This document shows, piece after piece, positions 38,473 to 51,620 of a stretch of 64,000 bases of DNA; positions within the stretch are counted from its first letter, which is position 1, and each line of letters opens with the position of its first letter. The notes beneath the pieces were generated by a model. It saw only the letters and a program-made list of their open reading frames with translations. It had not been told where the DNA came from and searched no databases. This DNA comes from Chiloscyllium plagiosum. Taxonomy: Eukaryota. Location: NCBI RefSeq assembly GCF_004010195.1, contig NC_057719.1:35216137-35280136 (forward strand), read 5' to 3'. The position numbers were made by a program, and so were the translations under genes.

Positions 38473-41400
38473 AGAACATAGAACAATATAGCGCAGAACA
38501 GGCCCTTCAGGCCTCGATGTTGCGCCAACCTGTGAACTATTCTCAGCTCGTCTCCCTACATTATCCCAAAATCATCCATGTGCTTATCTAAGGATTGTTT
38601 AAATCTCCCTAATGTGGCTGAGTTGACTACATTAGCAGGTAGGGCATTCCATGCCCTTACCACTCTCTCGTAAAGAACCTGTCTGACATCTGTCTTAAAT
38701 CTATCACCCCTCAATTTGTAGTTATGCCCTCTCGTACAAGCTGACATCATCATCGTAGGAAAAAGACTTTCACTGTCTACCCTATCTAATCCTCTGATCA
38801 TCTTGTATGCCTCTATCAAATCCCCTCTTAGCCTTCTTCGTTCCAATGAGAACAGACCTATGTCTCTCAGCCTTCCCTCATAAAACCTTCCCTTCAGATC
38901 AGGCAACATCCTGGTAAATCTCCTTTGCACCGTTTCCAGTGCTTCCACACCCTTCCTGAAATATGGGGACTAGGACTGTATACAACATTCCAAGTGTGGC
39001 CACACCAGCGATTTGTATAGTTGCAGCATGATATTACGGCTCCAGAACTCAATCCCTCTACAAATGAAACCTAACACACCGTATGCCTTCTTAACAGCAT
39101 TATCCATCTCGGTGGCAACTTTCAGGGATCTATGTACATGGACTCCAAGATCCTTCTGCACATCCACACTACCAAGAATCTTTCCATTGACCCAGTACTC
39201 TGCCTTCCTGTTATTCTTACCAAAGTGCATCATCTCACATTTAGCTGCATTGAACTCCATTTGCCATCTCTCAGCCCAATTCTGCAGTTTATCCAAGTCC
39301 CCCGTAACCTGTAAAATTCTTCCAAACTATCCACTACTCCACCGACTTTAGTGTTATCTGCAAATTTACTAATCCATCCACCTATGCCTGCGTCTGAGTC
39401 ATTTATAAAAATGACAAACAGCAGTGGTCCCAAAGTAGATCCTTGTGGCACACCACTAGTAACCAGACTACTGGCTGAATACTTTCCATCAACCACCACT
39501 CGCTGCCTTCTTTCAGTAAGCCAGTTTCTAATCCAAACTGCTAAATCACCCTCAATTCCATGCCTCTGCATTTTCTCCAACAACCTACCATGTGGAACCT
39601 TATCAAAGGCTTTATTGAAATCCATATATGCCACATCAACTGTCCTACCCTCATCTACGTACTTGGTCACCTTCTCAAAACCTCAATGAGATTTGTGAGA
39701 CATGACCTGCCTTTGATGAAACCATGTTGACTATCTGAAATCAAATTGATGCTTGCTAGATGATTATAAATCTTATCTCTTATAATCCTTTCCAAAGCCT
39801 TTCCTACAACAGAAGTAAGGCTCACTGGTCCATAATTATCTGGGTCATCTCTACTGCCCTTCTTGAACAAGGGCACAACATTTGCAATCCTCCAGTCATC
39901 TGGTACTAAACCTGTAGACAATGACGACTCAAATATCAAAGCCAAGGGCTCTGTTATCTCCTCCCTAGCTTCCCAGAGAATCCTCGGATAAATCCCATCC
40001 AGCCCAGGGGACTTATCTACTTTCACTCCTTTTAGAATTGATAACACCTGTTTGTAACCTCGATCCTTTCTAGTCTAATATAACATACCTCATTCTTCTC
40101 CTCTACAATATTTTCCTTTTCCTGAGTGAAAACCGATGAGAAATGTTCGTTTAGCACCTCTCCGATCTCCACAGGGTCCATACTCAGCTCCCCACTTCTG
40201 TCTTTGACTGACCCTATTCCTACCCTAATCATCCTTTTATTCCTCACATACCTATAGAAAGCTTTAGGGTTCTCCTTTGTTCTATTTGCTAAAGACTGCT
40301 GTTGTCCTCTCTTTGCTCTTCTTAACTCTCTCTTTAAATCCTTCCTAGCTGATCTGTAACTCTCCATCGCCTCATCTGAACCATCTTGCTTCATCAACAC
40401 ATAAGCCTCCTTCTTCTTCTTAACAAGAGATGCAATTTCTGTAGTAAACCACGCTTCCCTTACCTTATCACTTCCTCCCTGCCTGACAGGGACATACCGA
40501 TTAAGGACACGCAAAATCTGTTTCTTAATCCAGCTCCACATTTCCATTGTCTGCATCCCTTGCATTTTGCTACCCCATTTTATGTATCCTAATTCTTGCC
40601 TAATCACATTATAATTGCCCTTGCCCCATTGATAACTCTTGACCTGTGGCATGTACCTATCCTTTTCCATCGCTAAACTAAACGTAACTGAATTATGGTC
40701 ACTCTCTCCAAAGTGCTCACCTACAACTAAATCAAACACCTGGCCTGGTTCATTACCAAGCGCCAGATCCAGTGTGGCCTCCCCACTTGTCGGCCCTTCG
40801 ACATACTGTGTCAGGAAACTCTCCTGTACACATTGGACAAAAAAAACGATCCATCCGACATACTAGAGTTAAAGCATTTCCAGTCAATGCTGGGGAAGTT
40901 AAAGTCTCCCATTTTGACCACCCTGTTCCTTTCACTCCTACCCAGAATAATTTTGCCAATCCTCTCTTCCACCTCCCTGGAACTCTGCATAGGCCTATAA
41001 AAAACTCCAAGCTGTGTGACCTCTCCTCTCCTGTTTCTAACTTCAGTCCACACTACCTCAGTAGACGAGTCGTTGTCAAAAGTTCTCTCAGCCACCATTG
41101 TACTATCCTTGATTAACAAGGCCACACCTCCCCCTCTTTTACCACCTTGCTTGTTCTTAATGAAAGATCTAAACCCTGGAACTTCAACATCCATTCCTCA
41201 CCCTGCTCTATCCATGTCTCCATGCTGCAAGCTCACCTACCTTATTTCAGATACTTCTGACATTGAAGTAGACACATTTCAAACCAGTTTGCTGTCTGCC
41301 AGCACATTCCTGTGACCCTGAAATCCTGTCCCTGTCCTTCGTACTCTCATCCTCCTGTGCACTGCAGATATACCTCCGGTTCCCATCCCCCTGCTGGGCT

Positions 41401-42090
41401 AGTACTCTCATCCTCCTGTGCACTGCAGCTATACCTCCGGTTCCCATCCCCCTGCTGGGCTAGTTTAAACCCACCCGAATAGCACCAGCAAATTTCCCAC
41501 CCAGGATATTAGTACCCCTCTGGTTCAAGTGAAGACCGTCCTGTTTGTACAAGTCCCACCTTCCCTAGAATGAGCCCTAATTATCCAAGAACCTGAAACC
41601 CTCCCTCCTGCACCATCCTTGCAGCTGATATCTCTCCCTATTCCTTGCCTCGCTATCACGTGGCATGGATAACAAACCAGAGATAACAACTCTGTTTGTT
41701 CTAGCTCTCAGCTTCCATCTAGCTCCCTGAAATCCTGCCTTGCATTCCTGTCCCTCTTTCTACCTATGTCATTGGTACCTACATGGACAACGACTTGAGG
41801 CTGGCCACCCTCTCCCTTCAGGACCCCAGAGATACGATCCGAGACATCATGGACCTTGGCACCTGGGAGGCAACACACCAATCGTGAGTCTTGTTCGCTC
41901 CCAACAAACCTTCTATCTGAGCTTCTAACTATTGAGTCCCCAGTGACCAACACTCTCCTCCTTTCCCTCCTTCCCTTCTGTGCAATAGGGACAGACTCTG
42001 TGCCAGAGACCTGGGCCCCACTGCATATCTCTGGTAAGTTGTCCCCCTCAACAGTATCCAAAACTGTATATGTGTTTTTCAGGGGAATGA
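38473..42090 (-). mobile_element. Near-complete CR1/HER1-type LINE (ORF1 esterase C-half + ORF2 APE/RT + 3' UTR), frameshifted
   Basis: VLVTGDSIVR..VHVGTNDIG (SGNH); YFNVRSI, GVFYRP, MGDFNF, GESDHN; YMDFNKAFDKVPH, VPQGSTLGP, KFADN; tagaaca-repeat tail. Confidence 0.93.
41341..41462. repeat. 61-bp tandem duplication inside the CR1 ORF1/ORF2 junction
   Basis: 41341-41401 and 41402-41462 differ at one base. Confidence 0.9.
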
Positions 42091-42795
42091 TCATACCAGC
42101 TAGTGCAGAGCTGCTTGGTTGGTTTATTTCCTTTTCCTTTCCTGATGTATCCCAACTCTCCTTCTTGGCTTAAATAATGGACATCTCATACAGCTTATGC
42201 AAATTTGGACCTTTATGTTCAAATCCAAAGTTAGTCTCTCATAATATCCTTCATCTGCCTTGTTGTAAGGAGCAAAGACAAGGGCAATTTGGCATGGTAG
42301 CCAGTGTCTTAGAAGTACTAAAGCAAAGGCAGGTGCATTCCAATTATAAGTAAACGTCACTGCAACTGTCACTCATTCTTTGGTGGACAATTGGTGCCTG
42401 TTATAACGGTACCCTAGAGTGGGTACAGTTGCTCATTATTACTGTGCTGTGCTAATTGCAGTTTGACTGAAGATGCTTTTACAATATCTAGTAGAAGAAA
42501 GATCAATTGGTTGATATATTCTCATTATGGGAAAAGAAATTTCAAAGGTTGAAACCCTTGTCATTTTCTGTTAGTAATCTTGTCATTACTCTGATACTTA
42601 AAAGGTGCTGAATGGTGATGTTTTACGAAGTAGGCAATTCTATAAAACCATACTCAAGTACTGAAGTTCAAACAACATGTGTGGTTTCCTCTGTTCATGT
42701 TTGTAGATTTCTTCTACTTAATGTTTAAATGGTTTTGTTTTAAACAAAACTACTCAATTATATTAATTATTATTTTTATATGATTTTTAATGTAG

Positions 42796-42969
42796 AACTC
42801 GGGCAATGAGTTTTGACTTTCCACAGAAAAAGGGAATAGGAATATCTTGCCTCATTCCGCACACTACTTCTGAGAGTATTTCGCTGATGAATGCAATGAT
42901 GGAGTATGACCCTGAAGAAAGGATCACTGCTAAGCGGGCATTACAACATCCTTACTTTCGTGAATTGAG
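42796..42969 (+). CDS. MOK: MOK exon, 174 bp: (Q)TRAMSFDFPQKKGIGISCLIPHTTSESISLMNAMMEYDPEERITAKRALQHPYFREL(R)
   Basis: tgtag acceptor, AG/gtaaag donor; kinase subdomain XI YDP.ERI.A..ALQHPYF. Confidence 0.95.
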
Positions 42970-43024
42970 GTAAAGCAAATTTATTTCCCTCATTCAGTGT
43001 TAAATTTGTCTTTGACTATAAAAT

Positions 43025-44700
43025 GAATAATCATACAGCAGAGAATCAGGCCCTTCATCCCACCATGTCTATACTGACCAACAAACCCCAAACTACACTA
43101 ATCCCATTGCATTTGGTACATAGCTTAGTATGCCCTGGCATTTTAAGTGCTTATCGAGATGCTGTTTAAATGTTGCGAGTGTTCCTGCTCCCACCACCCT
43201 CTCAGGCAGTGCATTCCATATTTCTGTCATCCTCTGGGTGGGGAAAAATATTCCTCTGATCCCCTTTAAATCACTTCTCATAATAAAATTGTACTATCTG
43301 GTCGTAGACATGTCTGCCACGGGGAAAAGATTCTCATGATCTACCCTATGTTTATTATAATTTTGGTCCCCCCCTCAGCCTCCTGTGCTGCTGAGAAAAC
43401 AAACACAGCCTCTGTCCTTTTTATCCCAGACAACATCCTGGTGAATCTCCTCTGCACCCTCTCCAGTGCAGTCACATCCTTCCTATAGTGTGGTGACCAG
43501 ATTTGCATACAGTACAGGGCGACCCCCATATCCATGGAATTGTCTTCCGAAGTTTCAGTTATCTACGGATTATCATGGTCCGAGCATATTATTGGGAATG
43601 TTCCAGCACCAGGGATCAGGAGGTTGCTGGGAAGGTACATTTCCCATTTAAATAAATGGGTTCACTCCTATCTGCGGTTTTGGGCTTCCACGGTAGGTCC
43701 TGGAACGTAACCCCTGCAGGTACAGCGGGGGGACTTCTGAATTCCATCTTTCAAGATGAGAGTGGTGCTGGAAAAACCCAGCAGGTCAGACAGCATCGGA
43801 GGAGCAGGATGTTTCGGGGAAAAGCCCTTCATCAGGAATGAGGCAGGGAACCTCCAGGCTGGACAGATAAATGAGAGGGGGGGTGGGGCTGGGGAGAAAG
43901 TAGCTAAGAGTGTAGTAGTGAATGGAGGTGCTCCACCCTGCTCTCCAACCTATCACCTTCATCCCCACCTCCATCCACCTATTGCACATTAACTACCTTC
44001 TACCCAGCCCCCCTCCTATTTATCTCTCCATTCAAGAGGCTCCCTGCCTCATTCCTGATTAAGGGCTTTTCCCCGAAACATCGATTTTCCTGCTCCTCCG
44101 ATGCTGTCTGACCTGCTGTGCTTTTCCAGCACCACATTAAGTGTGACTCTGATCTCCAGCATCTACAATCCTCATTTTCGCCTTGTATTCCATCTGTGCC
44201 CCCCCCAATGTTTAATGAAGTTGTAACAAAACCTCCTTGCTCTTCTATTCTACATCCTGGCTCATGAAGGCAAGCATCCTGTATGCCTTCTTCACCTGTC
44301 TACTGTGCTGACACCATCAGGGAACTATGGAGTTGTACACCATGGTCTCTTTGTTCGTTCGTACTCTCAAGGGACATACCATTCATTGTGTATGTCCTTC
44401 CCTAATTAGACCTCCCAAATGCATCATGTTGCACTTGCCAGGATTAAATTCCATTTGCCATTTCTATGTCCAATTTATCAGCTGTAGTCTGAGACCATCC
44501 TCCTCGTTATTAACACCACCACCAATTTTCATGTCACATGCAAGCTTACTAATTATACCTTCAACTCGGCAACATAGATAACAGCAAGGGTCCCAACAGT
44601 GATCCCTTTGGAAGCCTATGACCAGCAGTGTACCAATCACAAAAATGACCCTCTACTATTATCCTTTGCCACTATTTGCAAACTAACTTTGGATCCAGTT
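43025..44700 (-). mobile_element. CR1-type LINE 3' fragment with nested insertions
   Basis: QIWSPHYRKDVTALERVQRRFTRML motif and 3' UTR. Confidence 0.75.
43755..44181. mobile_element. Family A fold-back element
   Basis: Inverted arms about 43760-43925 and 43975-44135; hammerhead-like motif in both; complete tail on the right. Confidence 0.82.
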
Positions 44701-44702
44701 TG

Positions 44703-45540
44703 GAGAAATTGAGGACTGCAGATGCTGGAGATCAGAGTCAAAAGGTATGGTGCTGGAAAAGAATAGCTGGTCAGGCAGCATCCGAGGAGCAGAAGAGTCA
44801 ATGTTTTGAGCATAAGCTCTTCATCAGGAATGTGGGGGGTGCCCAGGATAACTGAGAGTTAAATGGGAGGGGTGTGGGGCTGGCTGGAAGGTAGCTGGGA
44901 ATGCAATAGGTAGATGGAGTTGGGGTATGATGGCAATAGGGTGGAGCGGATAGGTGGGAAGGAAGATGGACAGGTAGGACAGTTCAAGAGGGCAATGCTG
45001 AGTTGGAGGGTTGGATGTGGGATAAGGGGAAGGGAGGGGAGGGGAGATCAGTATCAGTAGTGGGGTTGATACTTCAACTCACCCTCCCACTCCACCAAGG
45101 ACATGCAAGTCCTGGGCCTCCTCTACTGCCAAATTCTAGCCACCCAACACCTGGAGGAAGAACACCTCATCTTCCACCTTGGGACCCTCAAACCAGACGG
45201 GATCAATATCGATTTCACCAGTTTCCTAATCTTCCCCTCCCCCCACCTTATCCCAGATTCAATCCTTCAACTCAGCAACACCCTTTTGAACTGTCCTATC
45301 TGTCCATCTTCCCTCCGACCTAACCGCTGCGACCTATCACCATCACCCCCAAAGTCCATCTACCTATCACATTGCCAGCTACCTTCCCTCCCCCCCAATC
45401 CTACCCCCTCCCATTTATCTCTCAGCCCCTTTCCCCCCACCACCATTCCTGATGAAGAGTTTATGCTCAGAACGTCAACCGTCCTGCGACTCGGATGGTG
45501 CCTGACCAGCTGTGCTTTTCCAGCACCACACTTTGTGACT
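44703..45540. mobile_element. Family A fold-back element with 17-bp TSD
   Basis: Complete tail on left (- strand), inverted + arm about 45073-45540; TSD actttggatccagtttg at 44686-44702 and 45538-45554. Confidence 0.88.
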
Positions 45541-45599
45541 TTGGATCCAGTTTGCCAACTTGCCTTGGATCCCGTGGGCTCTTACCCTATGAACCAGTC

Positions 45600-47350
45600 T
45601 TCCATGCAGAATGCTGCTCCAACAATATGTGTGAAATCGGAAACACTTCAAGTGTTCATGGTGACCACATATTCAGGAAATATTATCAGCTGCAACTCCT
45701 GATTAACCGCATGGAGCAACTGGAGGATGTCATGGATAGTATATATAATGATGTGGTCACACCACAAGTAAGGGCTGCACAGGCAGAAAAGCATAGAGTG
45801 GTCAACGGGAAGACTGGTAAGCATAGCCAGCTAGTACAGGAGTTCCCTGTAGCCATCCCCACCTCAAACAGATATACCATGTTGGATACTGTTGGCAGGA
45901 TGGGGTACCTCTCAGGCAACAGTCAAGTTTGTGGCATCATGGTTGGCTCTGCTGCAGAGCAGGGGAGGAAAAAGACGAGGAGACCTTTAGTGGGAGGTCT
46001 ACTAAGGGGAACTGATAGGCAGTTCTGTGGCAGCAACCAAGACTTTTGAATGGTATGTTACCCCTCTGGTGCCACATTCAGGGATGTTTCAGAGGGGCTG
46101 CTGCAGGACATTCTGAAGGATGAGGGTAAACAGCCAGCAGTTAAGGTACATATCAGTACCAGTGATATGGATTAGAAAAGAAATGAGGTTGCCTCCTGCA
46201 ATAGGCATTTAGAGAGTTAGAGACTACTTAAGTTGTAATCTCTGGATTACTTGCAGTGCCAGAACTTCTGGTGTAGTAATTGGAAAATGTATCTCAAAGG
46301 ATAGTATAGGAAGGAAGGCTTTAGATTTTTGGTTCATTGGGACAGCTTGTGGGGTAGGTGGGATCTCCACAAGCTAACTGGGTTGCACCTGAACTGGAAT
46401 GAGTACAGTATTATTACTGAGAGGTTTGCACATGCTATTGGGGAGGGTTTAAACTAATTTGGCAGGGAATGGGGAATAGAGTAGATGTAAAGTCAGGAGT
46501 AAGATCCAATCAGACATAGAAGGAATGCTAAAATAGTCCAGCAGAGAAAACATGGGCATGATGAGAGGTCCGGAAAGCTAAATTGTAAATATCTTCATGC
46601 AAGGAGCTTGACTAGTAAAATGGATGAACTTAAAGCATTGGTCAGCATGTGGGAATATGATATTGTTGTAATCACTGAGACTTGGTTGAATGAAGGGCAG
46701 CTCAACATTCCAGAATATAAAAGCTTCAGATGGGACGTTGGGGATAGTGCATTATTGATAAAGGACACTATCACTTCAGTACTGAGGGAGGATTTCTTAG
46801 AAGGCTGTTCAAATAAGGTCATCTGGGTAGAGCTTAGAAATCAAAAGAGATGTTTATTTTGCTGGGATCTACCAGCCTCCTAACAGTCAGAGTAAGACAG
46901 AGGAGCAAATATGCAGGCAAATCACAGATAAGTGCGAAATAGTGTTATAGTTGTTGGGGATTTCAACTTTGCTAACATTAACTGGGATCGCCTTATTCTG
47001 AAAGGATTAGATGAGTTGGAATTTTAGAAGTACATCCAGGAGAGAATTTTGTGTCTGTACATGTATAGTCCGAGAGATGTGGCAGTGCTAGACCCAGACC
47101 TAGGGAGTGATGCTGGTCAAATGATTGAAGTTTCAGTTTGGGGTTGGGAGAGCATTTTGGGGATAGTGACCACAACTCTAAGTTTCATTCATTGTGGAAA
47201 GGGATAAGGATAGTGCAGACGTTAAATGTTTAAAATGGAAGCAGGCCAGTTTCAATATCATTAGATCAGATCTGGCAAACATAGACTGGGAGCAGCTACT
47301 TGCAGGTTAAGCCTACTTTTGGAAGGTGGGAGTTGTTTAAAGATGTAGTG
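45600..47350 (+). mobile_element. CR1-type LINE ORF1 and endonuclease fragment
   Basis: ECCSNNMCE..LQLL..SNRYTMLDTV..RGTDRQFCG; YDIVVITETWL; GDFNF. Confidence 0.8.
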
Positions 47351-48089
47351 AGAATTTATGTTTATTGCTCTGTTCAAATCTAGATATTTCTACTGGACAA
47401 ATGAGCTGTTCCACACCTGTCACTCAATGAAGTTTCTTCAATTGTTTTGAAAATATTTTCATTAAAATAATAACATTTTATTTTACACTTAAGAAATTGG
47501 TTTGATTTATAGGTATAAAATTGAATGTCCCCTCATTCTGTATTTTCTCCACAAAGGAAATGCTAACTGGGACATTATGGATTGGTTGCCTTAAAATAAC
47601 ATTTAATTTATTTTGATCATGTCTCACTCATCACTGCCACGCTTGAAACCAGACTTGGAAAAGGAACATCAATTAATACAGAATGAATAGTTGTGCTGAC
47701 AGTGCAGACATTTTCATCTGCTAGAAATTACATGTATTAACACAAAGAACCCTGTTTGTCCAAATGTTGCACCATTTTCATTGGAAAAGAGTCATGGAGA
47801 CTGTCAATCCCAGCTGCATTCTCCACAGCAACATCCTGTGCAATCTGAATCTGTCTGCCTGATCTGTGTTCTTTTCTGCTAAGATTGACAGTTAAAAGTT
47901 CCCAATCATCTCCTGGCCAACCAATCAGCACCCTGTTCTCATGTGATGTAAATTGGTGTCCCCTTTCCAAGTTTGGTTTCTTAGTTATCAGTCTTGATGA
48001 GATGATGTTAAGCATTTGCTTTGTTTCTTTGCAGCATTGCTTAAGCTTTTGTACTACCAAGCAATTATTCCTTTGCAGTAGTAATATCC

Positions 48090-50905
48090 AAAGTAGACTG
48101 TGAGAAATCACTTAACAGACTAGCTTACAAATACAGTTACATAGCACCCATTAAACAGATTCCTGAGCCTCCAGTATAGAGTCATAGAGATGTACAGGAT
48201 AAGGAATGCCAGAAGCTTGGGCTCATGATGGGTCAAAAATATAAGGACATCAAAGTCAGTGAAAGACTGAGATAAATTCACCAAAGACTGAGGTAAATTC
48301 AGAATCTAGCAAAGGAGGATTAAAAAGAAAGTGAAGATAGACAACATAAACTACAAGGGCAAACTAGTGAGAATATAAATACTTGACAATAAGAGCTTCT
48401 TTCAGTATATAAAAGAGAAGAGAGATCAAAATTTTAAAAAAGACTCCAGTTTAAGGGACAAGGAAATACCAGAAGAGTTAAACAAATATTTTGCATCAGT
48501 GTTTACAGTGGAAGATGCTTCAAATATTCCATTGAAAGAAGGCTTTCCACAAGATACCTCATAAAATGTTAAATCTTAAGATAAGAGCCCATGGTGTTAA
48601 AGGAAGTATATTGGCATGGATAGAGAATTGGCTAGTGAGCAGGAAACAGCGAGTGCGGATAAGGGTTTTTTTCAGGCTGGCTCCCCCATATTATTTAGTA
48701 TTAATGGAATGTACGAAGCATCTTCCACTGTAAAGACTGATGCAAAATATCTGTTTAACTCCTCTGCCATTTCCTTGTTCCCCCTAAACCATCTCCCAGA
48801 TTCATTTTCTAAGTTTGACATTCATTTTGACCTCTCTCTCCTTTTTTATATATTTAAAGAAGCAAGTATTGTCAAGTATTTATACTCCTCACTAGTATGC
48901 CCTTGTAGGTTATTTTCTCTGTCTTTATTCTCTTTTTAGTCCTCCTTTGCTGGATTCCGAATTTGTCTTTGGTGCTATCACTGACTTTGGTGTCATAGAG
49001 ATGTAAGGCATGGAAACAGACCCTTCGGTCCAACTCATCTATGCCAACCAGATATCCTAACCTAATCTAGTCCCATTTCTCAGCACTTGGCCCATATCCC
49101 TCTAAACTTTTCCTATTCATATACCCATCCAGATGCCTTTTAACCTTATTTTAGAACTATCATGAGCATGAGCTTTTGGTATTCCCTACTGGAGTCTCAG
49201 GAATCTGTTTAATGGGTGTTGTGTAACTGTATTTCTAAGCCACCCTGTTAAATGATTTCTCATAGATTACTTTTCAGGTGGGGTTCCACAGGGATCAGTG
49301 CTGAGACCATAACTGTTTACAATATATATTAATTATTTATTGGAAAGAAGTGAATATACTGTAACCAAATTTGCAGATGACACAAAAACAGGTGGAAAGG
49401 CAGGTTGTGAAAAGGATACATACAGTTTGCAGAGAGATGTTGATGGGTTAAATAAGTGGGCAAAATGTTGGCAAATGGAGTATTATGTGGGAAAATATAA
49501 AATTGTTCATTTTGGAAGGGATAACAAAAGAACAATATTATTTTAATGAAGAGAAACTGCAAAATGCGGTAACATAAAATCTTACTACAACTTCACAAGG
49601 TGCTGGAGTGCTGTGAGCAGTTTTGGCCCTATTTAAGAAAACATATAATTTCATTGGCAGCAGGTTCAGAGCCTGTTCACTGGGATAATCCCTAATATGG
49701 AGGGATTGTTTTATGCATTACGGCTCAACTGGGTAGGACTGTTCTGATTGGAATTTAGGAGAATGAGAGGTGATTGTATTGAAATAAAAATAAAGCTTAA
49801 GAGGCTTGACAGGGTAAAAGCTGAGAAAATATCCCCCCTCATGGGAGAGTCTCGAACCACAGGGCATACTCTCAGAATAAAAGGTTACCACTTTAAGCTT
49901 GAGGAGGAATTTCTTCTGTCAGAAGGTTGAGAGTCTTTGGAACTCTTTGCCACAGACAGCTGTGAGGGTAGGATCCTTATACAGAGGAACCTCAATTATC
50001 TGAACGAGATGGGTGGGCACTGTTTCATTTGGATAACTGATTAATTCGATTAATTGATTCAGTGGCTCTCCTCTAGGGCTCGGAGTTTTCTGTGAAGTCT
50101 GCTCCCCATTCAGGAGACTAGGCAGTAACACACCGGATGCGAACACCCACACACCAATCCTGCCTATCCGCCCACCCCCAAACTCTGTCCCATCTCTGTC
50201 TGACCCCGCCCCCCAAAAGACCTCCACCCCACCCATTGTCTGACCCCCGTCTGTGGCCTCGTCCCCGACTGAGTCCTCCCTCCCCTTCGTCGGACTGTAC
50301 ACCGACAGTATGACTGCTGCTGCCTTTGTGGGACAAGTCTCCAAATAGAGCATGTGTGCGCGCGCGCGCACACGCGCACAATGTTTTACTGCAACTTTTT
50401 GACAGATTCCACCTTTGCCCTGTAATGAATAATGTTGGAGAGGTTATCTGGGGAAGGCAGGTTTAGAGTACATCCCTGTGTAGAACTCCAGTGAAAATGT
50501 GAGGAGAGAGAGAGCGGGAGGTTATTCATTTAGAGACGGTGACTGGACTGTCCAGGACTGTTCTTGGCAGCATTTCAGTGAGCTGAGTTCATTTTTAATC
50601 ATTGTACCTGTAAGCAAAAGACGCGATCAGAGTTGAAACAGCTCTTTGATGTAAGGTTTCTATTGGGACCTCGAGATCTCCTTCAGATAATCCAATATTT
50701 GTGTAATTGATATTCGGATAATTGCAGTTCCTCTGTATATTGCTGATATCTGTAGGTTCTTGATCAAGAAGAGAATCAAGGATTACGGGGAAAGGGCAGC
50801 AAGGTAGATGTGAGGAATGTGAGATCAGCCATGATCTTATTGAATGGTGGACCAGACTTGAGGGGCCAAATGGCCTACTCGTTCCTATTTCTTATAGTCT
50901 TATGG
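48090..50905. mobile_element. Rearranged CR1-type LINE fragments including an inverted duplication
   Basis: KFADDTK and GVPQGSVL motifs on + strand; 48090-48530 inversely repeated at 48706-49270. Confidence 0.7.
49982..50735. mobile_element. Tc1/mariner (Tigger-like) MITE
   Basis: TIRs cagaggaacctcaattatctgaa / ttcggataattgcagttcctctg with TA on both sides; interrupts a CR1 3' end. Confidence 0.8.
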
Positions 50906-51499
50906 AAATAAAAGAATGGCTGACAATGCCTTGGCTTGAATCTGAAAAACTAGGTTTTCATGTGGCTTAATTGTCAGTTCTTTAAGTGATCATCTTTTAA
51001 GTTGCAACCAACGATCCATTCTTCCTACCCAGTTATTGTCTTCCCATTCATCATAATTACATGAAATTACATTGCTTTGTTCCATTCTTTTTCATTCCAC
51101 CTTATTTGCGACATGTGTATATTGAGGCCAATGGCTCAAATGTCCAGAGTGCCTCTGGCTTTGTTATTTTGGTGCAGGGCCATTTCTGTGTGTCCTCCAC
51201 ACTTACCTGGGATATCTAGAAAGAACATTTTGAATTATTTGATTGATAAATCAACAAATGCTGAAAGTTAAGATTGGAAAACTGAATGGTAAGTGTGCTA
51301 TTGGGATTTTAGAATGTATAAAATTTTAAACAAACTCGTAACCACAATTTGTCAGCTAGAGTAAGGTTTATGGATAGGAAATCGAGTCTGATTTAAGATC
51401 TTTAATGAGTTGTATAGATTATTAAGTTTAGTAAGAAAGATGTTAATTCATTTTAAGTAACAAAACTATGCACATTTATGCATTGCCTCCTTCCTGTAG

Positions 51500-51620
51500 A
51501 TTAGCAGAGAAACAAGCTGCCACCTTCCAGCGTAGAGTGAGATGCTTAGAAGGGAATGAAAACAATCTAAGCCCGGCTGTGGTGCACAACCTCTGGAGAA
51601 TTCATAAGGGGCGTAAGCAG
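51500..51620 (+). CDS. MOK: MOK exon, 121 bp, start of C-terminal tail: (R)LAEKQAATFQRRVRCLEGNENNLSPAVVHNLWRIHKGRKQ
   Basis: cctccttcctgtag acceptor, CAG/gtaaaa donor; open in the expected phase; ends GRKQ like recalled human MOK (..EGRKQ). Confidence 0.85.

Noticed and set aside
38556..42094. Chain of long ORFs as an active retrotransposon or domesticated gene
   Set aside because: Multiple frameshifts and stops and a 5'-truncated ORF1; inactive CR1 copy
43515..43739. Possible Tigger-like MITE
   Set aside because: TIRs too degenerate and right-hand TA not evident, so not listed as a feature
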